A stretch of 64,000 nucleotides of DNA from Clostridia bacterium (GCA_017452525.1 JAFTMG010000007.1:6418-70417), one strand, 5' to 3'. Positions 28,253-35,504 are shown, counted from the stretch's first letter. Made by a program: numbers and translations. Notes: generated by a model not told the origin, from the letters alone.

Positions 28253-29431
28253 ATGAATTATCGCTTGGATCAGAAAGGAAATTCGCTTTCCATTCTCGGC
28301 TTTGGCTGTATGCGCTTTCCTATGAAAATGGGAAAGATCGATATGGAATCGACCGAGCGGCTGGTCATGACCGCGATTCGCGAGGGGGTCAACTATTTTG
28401 ATACTGCCTATATCTATCCCGGAAGCGAAGCGGCACTGGGAGAGATCTTAGAGAAAAACGGCGTGCGGGATCGGGTCAATATCGCCACCAAGCTCCCCCA
28501 TTATCTGATCAAGAGCAGGGAAGATATGGAGAAGAAATTCACCGAGGAGCTGCGGCGCCTGCGTACCGATCACGTAGACTATTATCTGATGCACATGCTG
28601 ACCGATACGGCTACGTGGGATCGCCTGTGTGCCTTGGGCATCAAGGAATGGCTTGCTGAAAAGCTGGCAAGCGGCGCCATCCGGCAGGTTGGGTTTTCTT
28701 ACCACGGCAACACCGAGATGTTCTGCAAGTTGGTGGACGTGTACGATTGGAATTTCTGCATGATCCAATATAACTATATGGATGAGCATTCCCAAGCGGG
28801 GCGGCGCGGTCTGCATTACGCCCATGAAAAGGGTCTGCCGGTGATGATCATGGAGCCGCTGCGCGGCGGTAAGCTGGTCAGCCATCTCCCCGAGGAGGCA
28901 AAGCGTATTTTCGCAGAATATCCGGTGCGGCATACCCCTGCGGGGTGGGCATTCCGTTGGCTGTGGAATCAGCCGGAGGTGACGGTCGTTCTCTCGGGAA
29001 TGAATTCCGATGATATGCTGCGGGAGAATATCAAAACGGCGTCGAGCGTACAGGTTGGTGAGCTCAGCGAGCGTGAAGAGAAGATGCTGCAGGACGTGGT
29101 CAAGGCCATCAATTCCAAAATGAAGGTAGGCTGTACCGGCTGCGGCTACTGTATGCCGTGCCCGAAAAACGTGGACATTCCCGGTACCTTCGCCGCCTAT
29201 AACCGCCGTTTTTCGGAGGGCAAGTTCTGGGCGCTGGTTGATTACGCAATCTGTACCACCCTGCGCGAAAACGTCACCACGCCCGCCAATTGCATCGGCT
29301 GCGGCAAATGTGAGAAGCATTGCCCTCAGCATATTGAGATCCGCGCCCGCCTCAAGGACGCGCAAAAAGAGCTGGAGGTGCCGATCTACCGCTTTTTCCG
29401 TAAGGTCGCCAAAAAGATCACCAAGTTTTGA
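28253..29431 (+). CDS. aldo/keto reductase with a C-terminal 4Fe-4S ferredoxin-type domain
   Basis: LGFGCMRFP, YFDTAYIY, DYYLMH AKR motifs. Two Cys clusters: CTGCGYCMPCP and CIGCGKCEKHCP. Confidence 0.85.
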   Translation: MNYRLDQKGNSLSILGFGCMRFPMKMGKIDMESTERLVMTAIREGVNYFDTAYIYPGSEAALGEILEKNGVRDRVNIATKLPHYLIKSREDMEKKFTEELRRLRTDHVDYYLMHMLTDTATWDRLCALGIKEWLAEKLASGAIRQVGFSYHGNTEMFCKLVDVYDWNFCMIQYNYMDEHSQAGRRGLHYAHEKGLPVMIMEPLRGGKLVSHLPEEAKRIFAEYPVRHTPAGWAFRWLWNQPEVTVVLSGMNSDDMLRENIKTASSVQVGELSEREEKMLQDVVKAINSKMKVGCTGCGYCMPCPKNVDIPGTFAAYNRRFSEGKFWALVDYAICTTLRENVTTPANCIGCGKCEKHCPQHIEIRARLKDAQKELEVPIYRFFRKVAKKITKF

Positions 29432-29522
29432 AAAGAGCAGGGAACCGCCGCGCGGAATTGCCCGATATCTCATAATGTCGAACAATTTAATCAATTCCGC
29501 ACGGCGAATCGCGCCCAAAACC

Positions 29523-29552
29523 TTGACAAAACCGCCTCCGGTGTGGTATAAT
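29523..29552 (+). promoter_or_regulatory. promoter for tRNA-Pro (TTGACA, 18-nt spacer, TGn-TATAAT)
   Basis: -35 at 29523..29528 and extended -10 tggTATAAT at 29544..29552, about 25 nt upstream of the tRNA 5-prime end. Confidence 0.6.
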
Positions 29553-29577
29553 ATTCAAGTATGAAAAAATATATTTT

Positions 29578-29653
29578 CGGGGTGTGGCGCAGTTGGTAGC
29601 GCGCGACGTTTGGGACGTCGATGCCGCAGGTTCGAATCCTGTCACTCCGACCA
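29578..29653 (+). tRNA. tRNA-Pro (anticodon TGG), CCA encoded
   Basis: Folded by hand. Acceptor CGGGGTG/CACTCCG (one G-T), D-arm GCGC/GCGC, anticodon stem CGACG/CGTCG with loop TTTGGGA (TGG), T-arm GCAGG-TTCGAAT-CCTGT, discriminator A plus CCA. 76 nt. Confidence 0.92.
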
Positions 29654-29665
29654 CATGAAAATAAT

Positions 29666-29710
29666 CCGAACATTCTCCTCTTTGGAGAGTCGTTCGGGTT
29701 ATTTGTTTTA
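29666..29710 (+). terminator. terminator hairpin after tRNA-Pro
   Basis: ccgaac..(inner ctcc/ggag)..gttcgg, followed by the T-rich ttatttgttttattt. Confidence 0.6.
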
Positions 29711-29748
29711 TTTGAGTATCCCAATTTTAATAGCAAGAAATGAAAATA

Positions 29749-29782
29749 GCCGATACCACGGTCTTTTGACTATGGTATCGGC
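29749..29782. other. 10-bp perfect inverted repeat (gccgatacca N14 tggtatcggc) between the tRNA and the AbiH-like promoter
   Basis: Read directly. No T-run follows, so it may be an operator or an island-boundary relic rather than a terminator. Confidence 0.4.
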
Positions 29783-29792
29783 ATTTGTATTG

Positions 29793-29821
29793 TTGAAAAA
29801 GACACAAATTTATGATATAAT
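29793..29821 (+). promoter_or_regulatory. sigma-A-type promoter for the AbiH-like operon (TTGAAA-17-TATAAT, TGn-extended)
   Basis: -35 at 29793..29798, -10 at 29816..29821 (tgaTATAAT). Confidence 0.6.
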
Positions 29822-29857
29822 ATAAAAAACATCAAAGAAGCGGAAGGAAGTGATGGT

Positions 29858-30733
29858 GTGACATTTTATGTTCTTGGCAACGGCTTCGATTTGCATTATG
29901 GTTTACCCACAAGGTATTGTGATTTTAAGAAATATCTTATTATAAACGGATATCGCGAAATAGTAGAAAGAGTCGATGATCTGTTCTGGAGATTCGGTCA
30001 TTACTGTCCGAAAGATATTAAAGAGTGGTCAACGTTCGAAGATATGCTTATGGTATTTAATGACCTGGACCCGGATGAGTTGTACGAAGAGGCATTTGAC
30101 AATGCTGAAACGGATGATGACAGAGCCGGATATTGGGATAGTCCTTCTTGGAATGTAAATTTCTATAATGAGTATATCAAGGTATTAAAGGGTGAGTTTG
30201 ATAATTGGATTAGAGAAATGAATACAGAAATCATACCGGATAGGTATTTTAATCCAGTTCCGGGAGATGCGGTTTTAACCTTTAATTATACCACTACAGT
30301 CGAAGATAATTTTGATACAAGAGGAATTCAGATAACTCATATTCATGGAACAAAAAATCAAGAGATCGTGCTGGGACATAACGATGTCCCGAATCCTAAC
30401 TTGTATAACGTAATCGAAGACGAGGATTCCGATTATAGGGATACTACCACAAGAAATGCTATTAACGACGTCCTTGCACAAGCTTCTCAAAATTATTACA
30501 AAGATAGTGTGCGAATTCTTCAAAGAAACAGTCGTATATTCTCACAAATATCCCGATTTAACAAAGTCGTTATAATGGGTCTGTCGTGCGGTCTACAAGA
30601 CGAAATGTACGTCGAAGAAATCATAAGATATGCTTCTACTATCGACTTCTATTATTATGATGACGATGCAAAGGAAAACTTCGATGACATTTTGGACAAT
30701 TATAATGTTACCGTAAATTATTATAAATGGTAA
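29858..30733 (+). CDS. AbiH-like abortive-infection family protein
   Basis: GTG start 7 nt after a ggaaggaag RBS. The N-terminus FYVLGNGFDLHYGLPTRYCDF matches the hallmark I-x-GNGFD-L-x-x-GL-x-T-x-Y-x-x-F start of AbiH (Pfam Abi_H, from memory). Also a mid-protein HIHG motif, a late IMGLSCG..D..Y motif, and AT-rich codon usage. Confidence 0.75.
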   Translation: MTFYVLGNGFDLHYGLPTRYCDFKKYLIINGYREIVERVDDLFWRFGHYCPKDIKEWSTFEDMLMVFNDLDPDELYEEAFDNAETDDDRAGYWDSPSWNVNFYNEYIKVLKGEFDNWIREMNTEIIPDRYFNPVPGDAVLTFNYTTTVEDNFDTRGIQITHIHGTKNQEIVLGHNDVPNPNLYNVIEDEDSDYRDTTTRNAINDVLAQASQNYYKDSVRILQRNSRIFSQISRFNKVVIMGLSCGLQDEMYVEEIIRYASTIDFYYYDDDAKENFDDILDNYNVTVNYYKW

Positions 30734-30748
30734 AAACATATGTGAGGT

Positions 30749-31402
30749 ATGAATAAATTGAAAAATGAAATAATAAATACAACGTGTTCTTGGCTATCTT
30801 TGGGAATTCCGTGCATAACTCCGATTAAAGATACCGTAGAGGCAATACACTCCATTTATGACCAGGTGTTGTTTGATAAATTGGCTTATGTACTCTCAAA
30901 TCAAGAGAGTGATTTTGATGACTGGTTAAAGATATCAGAAAAATTTGATGAAGATAATAAAGCTTATAACAAAATGGTAAAACAACTTATCTATTATATA
31001 AATGCAATGAATGAAACGGATTTGCTCTTTGCATTTTCCAATTTATTAAGAGCATATAAGTGCGGATTGATTTGTAAAAATGATTTCTTCAGACTCGGAT
31101 TTTGTCTTACCAAGCTATTAGCGGAAGATGCTCAATACTTATCAAATAATATCAGCAAAGGTAGCATAGAGGAAAATATTTATTGCATATCACTGAGCAA
31201 TAATGGTTTAATGTATAACAGATCTCGTGGCTTTTCTGATAGTGAATCTGATGCGGAAAAAGAATTTTATAGTTTTACACAGATGGGTAAAATGTTGGAT
31301 AAATATGCTCTGAATTTTGGCAATGAAGAACGTTATAATTATAAAGAAGTGGATAATATTATTATTCAAGGTGTCGCAGAGCACGTTTTGAAGAAACTAT
31401 AA
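30749..31402 (+). CDS. hypothetical protein (217 aa, predicted mostly helical, no assignable family)
   Basis: Clean ORF 15 nt after the AbiH-like stop, with the same AT-rich composition. No TM helices and no catalytic motif I recognise. Confidence 0.65.
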   Translation: MNKLKNEIINTTCSWLSLGIPCITPIKDTVEAIHSIYDQVLFDKLAYVLSNQESDFDDWLKISEKFDEDNKAYNKMVKQLIYYINAMNETDLLFAFSNLLRAYKCGLICKNDFFRLGFCLTKLLAEDAQYLSNNISKGSIEENIYCISLSNNGLMYNRSRGFSDSESDAEKEFYSFTQMGKMLDKYALNFGNEERYNYKEVDNIIIQGVAEHVLKKL

Positions 31403-31417
31403 TTGCTTGAGAGGTAA

Positions 31418-32125
31418 TTGCTTTTGATTATTAAAGGTTCAACATCGAATTTTATATCCTTCTCTGCAGATATTGATCTAATTAATGATTTGCAAGAAAA
31501 CGCAAAGAAACAACTCACGGATATGGGTTACAAAGATCTCAATCCGAAAGATTATTTGAATACTTACTTTAATGTAAAGAAAAGAAAAATCATCCCAACA
31601 CCACGCACCATACACAAATCGGATGTCTTTTGTTGTCCAAGGGGCTATGAATCCCCACTCAAAGAGATTGAAAAGCATATCACTAACGGTGATGATTTAA
31701 CGCCATATATGAGCAAATCTATAGATAAAGGTGATTTTTATGATAGTCTTCTTTATGATTGGAATATCCAACATCTACACTTAGGTAGTATAGTTCCAAG
31801 CGAGAAGTTCGTTTCACGAAGCAATTATTTACTTTTCGTATTCTTTACAGAAAAAGACGCATATTTTATTCAAATATATCCACATAAAGAGAAATATGTT
31901 TTTGCCAAAGACGAAATGATGCACATTATAGATCGTAATTGGAGTGGTTTAATCAGCCGCTTTTCAATAAATGGAATTTTATCTGAAACCATCACGGACA
32001 AGGATCGCGCCATGTTGAGGAAATGCGGAATATCAACATTTACAGATATGGGAAACGGAAAGATATATGGTAATATTGGTGGAGGGTATGCGTCCAATGG
32101 AATATCGATCCTCCTTGTGTTTTGA
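31418..32125 (+). CDS. hypothetical protein (about 233-235 aa, no assignable family)
   Basis: Starts at TTG 31418 or TTG 31424 after a gagagg RBS, 15 nt after the upstream stop. Contains a distinctive LLYDWNIQHLHLG segment. I cannot assign a family. Confidence 0.6.
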   Translation: MLLIIKGSTSNFISFSADIDLINDLQENAKKQLTDMGYKDLNPKDYLNTYFNVKKRKIIPTPRTIHKSDVFCCPRGYESPLKEIEKHITNGDDLTPYMSKSIDKGDFYDSLLYDWNIQHLHLGSIVPSEKFVSRSNYLLFVFFTEKDAYFIQIYPHKEKYVFAKDEMMHIIDRNWSGLISRFSINGILSETITDKDRAMLRKCGISTFTDMGNGKIYGNIGGGYASNGISILLVF

Positions 32126-32133
32126 TTGCGGTT

Positions 32134-32205
32134 TTATTGTAACACGAAAGTAGAGTCCTGTCCGTGACTTTTGTCACAAGCTGCTTTGCGTTTGCTGATA
32201 TGTAG
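32134..32205. repeat. direct repeat copy A (about 70 bp), carrying a cGTGA-N6-TCACa palindrome
   Basis: The first 46 nt (ttattgtaacacgaaagTagagtcctgtccgtgacttttgtcacaa) match 32921..32966 with one mismatch. Similarity continues, with a 4-nt indel, to about 32205 / 32990. Confidence 0.85.
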
Positions 32206-32280
32206 CCTTTGCCTTAACTGCTCGAGTGAGAGTTCACCGTTTTTCTTCATTCTTCCGTACCCCTTATTCTGTGTATTAAA

Positions 32281-32305
32281 TAGGGCGCAGCAAAGCCGCA
32301 CCCTA
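32281..32305 (-). terminator. probable terminator hairpin for the 137-aa gene
   Basis: tagggcgc..gcacccta arms (7 of 8 pairs) immediately after the stop at 32310. A/T-rich tail on the minus strand. Confidence 0.4.
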
Positions 32306-32309
32306 TAAC

Positions 32310-32723
32310 TTATGTATAATATTTGATTTCTAGCGTAGAAGAATAGCCACTTTCGGTAGAGTGTATAACAACATCCCCATGCTTCATGCAGTGTCGCATA
32401 GCATTGCATACCATAGGATAAGATCTCTTGAGATTCAAACCATTGTGAACATCTCTCGCAACAATTACAATGCTTGATTTGCCATCATTTCTAGCACTTT
32501 CAATCATTCGGTTGATATGAAATCTTATAGCCTCTGTGGTTATTTTCTTCTCTTTTTTAGATTCAGGCATACTTTCGCTGATTTCTATATCCCAATCATC
32601 ATCGAAAGCATCATCTTCATCAAATACACCCTCTTGAATGAGTCGTTTTTCCATTTTGTTGATTCGCTTCTCTAAAATTTTTACTTTTGCTAATAATTCT
32701 ACAATGATAGTATCGTAATTCAT
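32310..32723 (-). CDS. hypothetical protein (137 aa): N-terminal coiled-coil-like helix, acidic linker, small C-terminal globular domain
   Basis: aggaggta RBS, consensus promoter, AT-rich. The N-terminus LLAKVKILEKRINKMEKRLIQE is heptad-like. DEDDAFDDDWDIEISE is an acidic stretch. The C-terminal VARDVHNGLNLKRSYPMVCNAMRH domain is unassigned. Confidence 0.7.
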   Translation of the reverse strand: MNYDTIIVELLAKVKILEKRINKMEKRLIQEGVFDEDDAFDDDWDIEISESMPESKKEKKITTEAIRFHINRMIESARNDGKSSIVIVARDVHNGLNLKRSYPMVCNAMRHCMKHGDVVIHSTESGYSSTLEIKYYT

Positions 32724-32822
32724 AGAATTCTACCTCCTTTTTTTAAAATTCTATCATATTAAGTAGAATTTGTCAATAGAATTTTTAGAATTTTAATAGA
32801 ATTTGTATAGAATTTCTATTCT
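32723..32822 (-). repeat. array of AAATTCTA / TAGAATTT repeats (five phased direct copies plus inverted copies and two TAGAA(A)TTCTA palindromes)
   Basis: Plus-strand tagaatt at 32723, 32764, 32777, 32786, 32797 and 32808 (spacings 13, 9, 11, 11). Inverted aattcta at 32747. Palindromes tagaattcta (32723..32732) and tagaaattcta (about 32808..32818). Confidence 0.85.
32748..32776 (-). promoter_or_regulatory. consensus promoter for the 137-aa gene (minus strand TTGACA-17-TAGAAT, TGn-extended)
   Basis: -35 is the reverse complement of 32771..32776; -10 is the reverse complement of 32748..32753. Both are embedded in the AAATTCTA repeat array. Confidence 0.65.
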
Positions 32823-32920
32823 GATGATTTGTTTCGGACAAAAAGTGTTCATTTTCGACTTATATCTTTGTTTAATGCGGTGTAATTTTTATACACCGCA
32901 TTTGCCTTACTCGTCCTTGC

Positions 32921-32990
32921 TTATTGTAACACGAAAGCAGAGTCCTGTCCGTGACTTTTGTCACAAACGGCTTTGTGTTGATATGTGGCA
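32921..32990. repeat. direct repeat copy B (about 70 bp), overlapping the native promoter region of the CoADR operon
   Basis: See copy A. Copy B also contains the -35 element of the downstream promoter. Confidence 0.85.
32950..32965. promoter_or_regulatory. CRP/FNR- or Rex-like palindrome cGTGActtttgTCACa upstream of the -35
   Basis: 16-bp dyad matching TGTGA-N6-TCACA at 9 of 10 half-site positions. An identical copy is at 32163..32178. Confidence 0.5.
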
Positions 32991-33006
32991 CAAAATATGA
33001 TATAAT
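32978..33006 (+). promoter_or_regulatory. promoter of the CoADR-trx-rhodanese operon (TTGATA-17-TATAAT, TGn-extended)
   Basis: -35 at 32978..32983, -10 at 33001..33006 (tgaTATAAT). Confidence 0.6.
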
Positions 33007-33024
33007 ATTCTTGTAATACGCTTG

Positions 33025-33040
33025 AGTGACAAAAGTCACA
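33025..33040. promoter_or_regulatory. second palindrome aGTGAcaaaagTCACa, downstream of the -10 (operator position)
   Basis: Same half-sites as 32950..32965 with a complementary spacer. Centred about 20 nt downstream of the predicted start site. Confidence 0.5.
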
Positions 33041-33099
33041 GCGGACACGAAAAAGGTATGGTAAAATATACTCACAGAAAGAAAAACGGAGGTAAACTT

Positions 33100-34782
33100 A
33101 TGAAGACCTTGATCATAGGAGGCGTGGCAGGCGGTGCATCCTGCGCGGCAAGACTCAGACGACTTGATGAGAAAGCTGAGATCGTTATTTTGGAGCGCGG
33201 AGAGTATATTTCCTTCGCCAACTGCGGACTTCCTTATTATATCGGCGGAGAGATCACCGAAAAATCCAACCTCACATTGCAAACACCGGAGAGCTTCAAG
33301 GCTCGTTTTAATATTGACGTTCACACTTTCAGCGAGGCGGTTGCCATAGATGCAGAAAACAAGACTGTGACGGTCAAAGATCTGACAACAGGCGAGGAAT
33401 ACACCGAGCGATACGACAGCTTGGTTCTTTCTCCGGGAGCTTCTCCCATTCGTCCGGACATTGAGGGAATCGACAGCGAAAAGGTATTCACCCTTCGTAA
33501 CATTCCCGACACGCTAAAAATCAAGCGGTATATAGAGGAAAGCCATCCAAAATCGGCGGTGGTCGTAGGCGGTGGATATATCGGAGTGGAGATGGCTGAA
33601 AATCTTGCCAACGCAGGGCTTGACGTGACCATTGTGGAGCTATCCGACCATCTCATCGCTCCTCTTGATTTTGATATGGCGGCGGACGTACACAGATATG
33701 TTAAGGGGCAGGGCATCAAACTTGCACTTGGTAACGGCGTTGTTGCCATCAAGGAACGCGATGACTCTCTGACGGTTGTATTGAATAAGGGGGCAATAGA
33801 AGCAGATATGGTTCTCCTGTCCGTAGGCGTTCGCCCCGATACCGCCTTTATCAAGTCAGCCGGAATTGAAACAAACGAACGCGGCAGTATTATCGTGAAT
33901 GAGAGAATGCAAACGAACGTTCCCAATATTTACGCCGTGGGTGATGCGGTAACCGTCAAGAATTTCGTAACGGGTGAGCCGTCCTTCATTCCGCTTGCAG
34001 GTCCTGCCAACAAGCAAGGGCGCATCACGGCAGACAATATCTGCGGTATTCTCTCGGAATACAAGGGTACGCAAGGCTCGTCGGTGCTGAAGCTCTTTGA
34101 TATGACGGTCGCTACCACGGGTCTGAACGAAAAGAGCGCGGCTGCCGCAGGCTACGATTATGATAAGACCTACACCTATTCCGCATCCCACGCATCCTAT
34201 TATCCGGGTGCGTCTATGATGTCGGTCAAGGTGTTATGGGACAAGGCAACGCACAAGATCCTCGGTGCGCAGATCGTGGGTTTTGATGGGGTGGATAAGC
34301 GTATGGACGTGATCGCCACCGCCATGCGGCTCGGCGCGAAAGTGACCGACCTTGCAGAACTCGAGCTTTGCTATGCGCCGCCCTTCGGCTCTGCCAAAGA
34401 TCCCGTGAATATGGTAGGATTTGTTGCTGAAAACGTCATCACGGGCAAGATTGGGCAGTTCTTTTGGCACGACGTGGAAAAGCTCCCACGCGACGGAAGC
34501 GTGACGTTGCTTGATACTCGCACAAACACCGAGGTCTCTCGCGGCAAAATCGAAGGCTTTATGCACATTCCGCTTGACTCGTTGCGTGAGCGCATCGACG
34601 AGATTCCCAAGGGAAAGCCCGTGTACGTGCATTGTCACTCAGGACTTCGCTCCTATATCGCTTGCCGCATCCTCGTTGGAAACGGATTTGAATGCTACAA
34701 TCTCGCAGGCGGATGGAGGCTCTATGAGTCGGTCATCCATGAAAGAACGGTGCCTGAGTATATCTGCACCGAATGCAAATAA
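33100..34782 (+). CDS. CoA-disulfide reductase / NADH-oxidase-family flavoprotein with a C-terminal rhodanese domain
   Basis: Start trimmed to MKTLIIGGVAGGASCAARL after a ggaggt RBS. Redox Cys motif SFANCGLPY, a second dinucleotide fold VVVGGGYIGVE, and the rhodanese active-site loop VHCHSGLRS. Confidence 0.88.
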   Translation: MKTLIIGGVAGGASCAARLRRLDEKAEIVILERGEYISFANCGLPYYIGGEITEKSNLTLQTPESFKARFNIDVHTFSEAVAIDAENKTVTVKDLTTGEEYTERYDSLVLSPGASPIRPDIEGIDSEKVFTLRNIPDTLKIKRYIEESHPKSAVVVGGGYIGVEMAENLANAGLDVTIVELSDHLIAPLDFDMAADVHRYVKGQGIKLALGNGVVAIKERDDSLTVVLNKGAIEADMVLLSVGVRPDTAFIKSAGIETNERGSIIVNERMQTNVPNIYAVGDAVTVKNFVTGEPSFIPLAGPANKQGRITADNICGILSEYKGTQGSSVLKLFDMTVATTGLNEKSAAAAGYDYDKTYTYSASHASYYPGASMMSVKVLWDKATHKILGAQIVGFDGVDKRMDVIATAMRLGAKVTDLAELELCYAPPFGSAKDPVNMVGFVAENVITGKIGQFFWHDVEKLPRDGSVTLLDTRTNTEVSRGKIEGFMHIPLDSLRERIDEIPKGKPVYVHCHSGLRSYIACRILVGNGFECYNLAGGWRLYESVIHERTVPEYICTECK

Positions 34783-34799
34783 AAACGGAGGTATATCTT

Positions 34800-35102
34800 A
34801 TGTCAGTACAAAAACTGAATCAAAATAATTTTAATAACGCAATCGCAAACGGCACGACTCTCGTGGATTTCTACGCCGATTGGTGCGGACCTTGCCGTAT
34901 GGTTTCTCCCATCGTGGACGAGATCGCCGAGGAAAGAAGCGATATTACCGTTGGCAAGGTAAACGTAGACGACGAAAACGCCCTTGCTATGAAATACGGC
35001 GTGATGAGTATTCCCACGCTGATCGTCTTTCAGGACGGAAAAGAAAAAACAAGAATCGTCGGAGCAAGACCCAAAGCCGCCATTCTTGCGGAGCTTGTGT
35101 AA
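34800..35102 (+). CDS. trxA: thioredoxin
   Basis: WCGPC active site. About 100 aa. ggaggt RBS. Confidence 0.92.
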   Translation: MSVQKLNQNNFNNAIANGTTLVDFYADWCGPCRMVSPIVDEIAEERSDITVGKVNVDDENALAMKYGVMSIPTLIVFQDGKEKTRIVGARPKAAILAELV

Positions 35103-35497
35103 TGAAGCGCATTTTAGGCGCCTTATTGGCTGTGCTGATGCTCACTTCTCAGCTTATAGGCTGCAACGGTGGTAATCATAAAAAAGTCTACGAGCAGATC
35201 ACGCCTGCCGAGGCAAAAGCGCTTATGGATAGCGAGGAAGGATACATTATTCTCGATGTACGTACCGAAGCGGAGTTTGCCGAGGGACACATTGAAGGCG
35301 CGATCCTGATTCCCGACTATGAGATTGGTGAGAAAGCAGAAAGCATATTAACCGACAAGGAACAGCTGATCCTCGTTTATTGTCGAAGCGGCAGGAGAAG
35401 TAAAAATGCCGCCAATGAGCTTGCGATGTTAGGCTATACGAATATTAAAGAGTTCGGCGGTATTATGGATTGGAAATACGGAACTGTAACAGAATAA
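35102..35497 (+). CDS. rhodanese-like lipoprotein
   Basis: TAATG overlap with trx. Signal peptide with lipobox LIGC. Rhodanese loop VYCRSGRRS. Confidence 0.85.
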   Translation: MKRILGALLAVLMLTSQLIGCNGGNHKKVYEQITPAEAKALMDSEEGYIILDVRTEAEFAEGHIEGAILIPDYEIGEKAESILTDKEQLILVYCRSGRRSKNAANELAMLGYTNIKEFGGIMDWKYGTVTE

Positions 35498-35504
35498 TCG
35501 CATA

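Noticed and set aside
29853-29861. The mini-ORF ATG GTG TGA overlapping the GTG start of the AbiH-like gene, considered as a possible leader peptide.
   Set aside because: It has only two codons. The simpler reading is that the RBS ggaaggaag serves the in-frame GTG at 29858, which yields the canonical AbiH-type N-terminus.
32134-32250. A 38-codon minus-strand ORF (MKKNGELSLEQLRQRLHISKRKAACDKSHGQDSTFVLQ) inside and next to repeat copy A. It could be the N-terminal stub of a transposase- or HTH-type gene.
   Set aside because: It is too short to assign. It lies beyond the terminator-like hairpin of the 137-aa gene, and its RBS is weak. Its 3-prime half is simply the repeat sequence read in one frame. 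A degraded gene remnant cannot be excluded.
32723-32822. Whether the tandem TAGAATTT repeats could be a CRISPR array.
   Set aside because: The repeat unit is only 8 bp with 1-5 bp spacers, and there are no cas genes. It overlaps a promoter and 5-prime UTR. This fits protein-binding iterons or operators, not CRISPR.
29654-33000. A search for an integrase or recombinase, and for a duplicated tRNA-Pro 3-prime end (att site), to delimit the island.
   Set aside because: No ORF in the AT-rich segment shows tyrosine- or serine-recombinase motifs. By eye I found no second copy of the tRNA 3-prime end (..ttcgaatcctgtcactccgacca). The weak resemblance between aatcctgtcac (tRNA) and agtcctgtccgtgac (the repeat) is too short to count. 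The island therefore cannot be called an intact integrative element.
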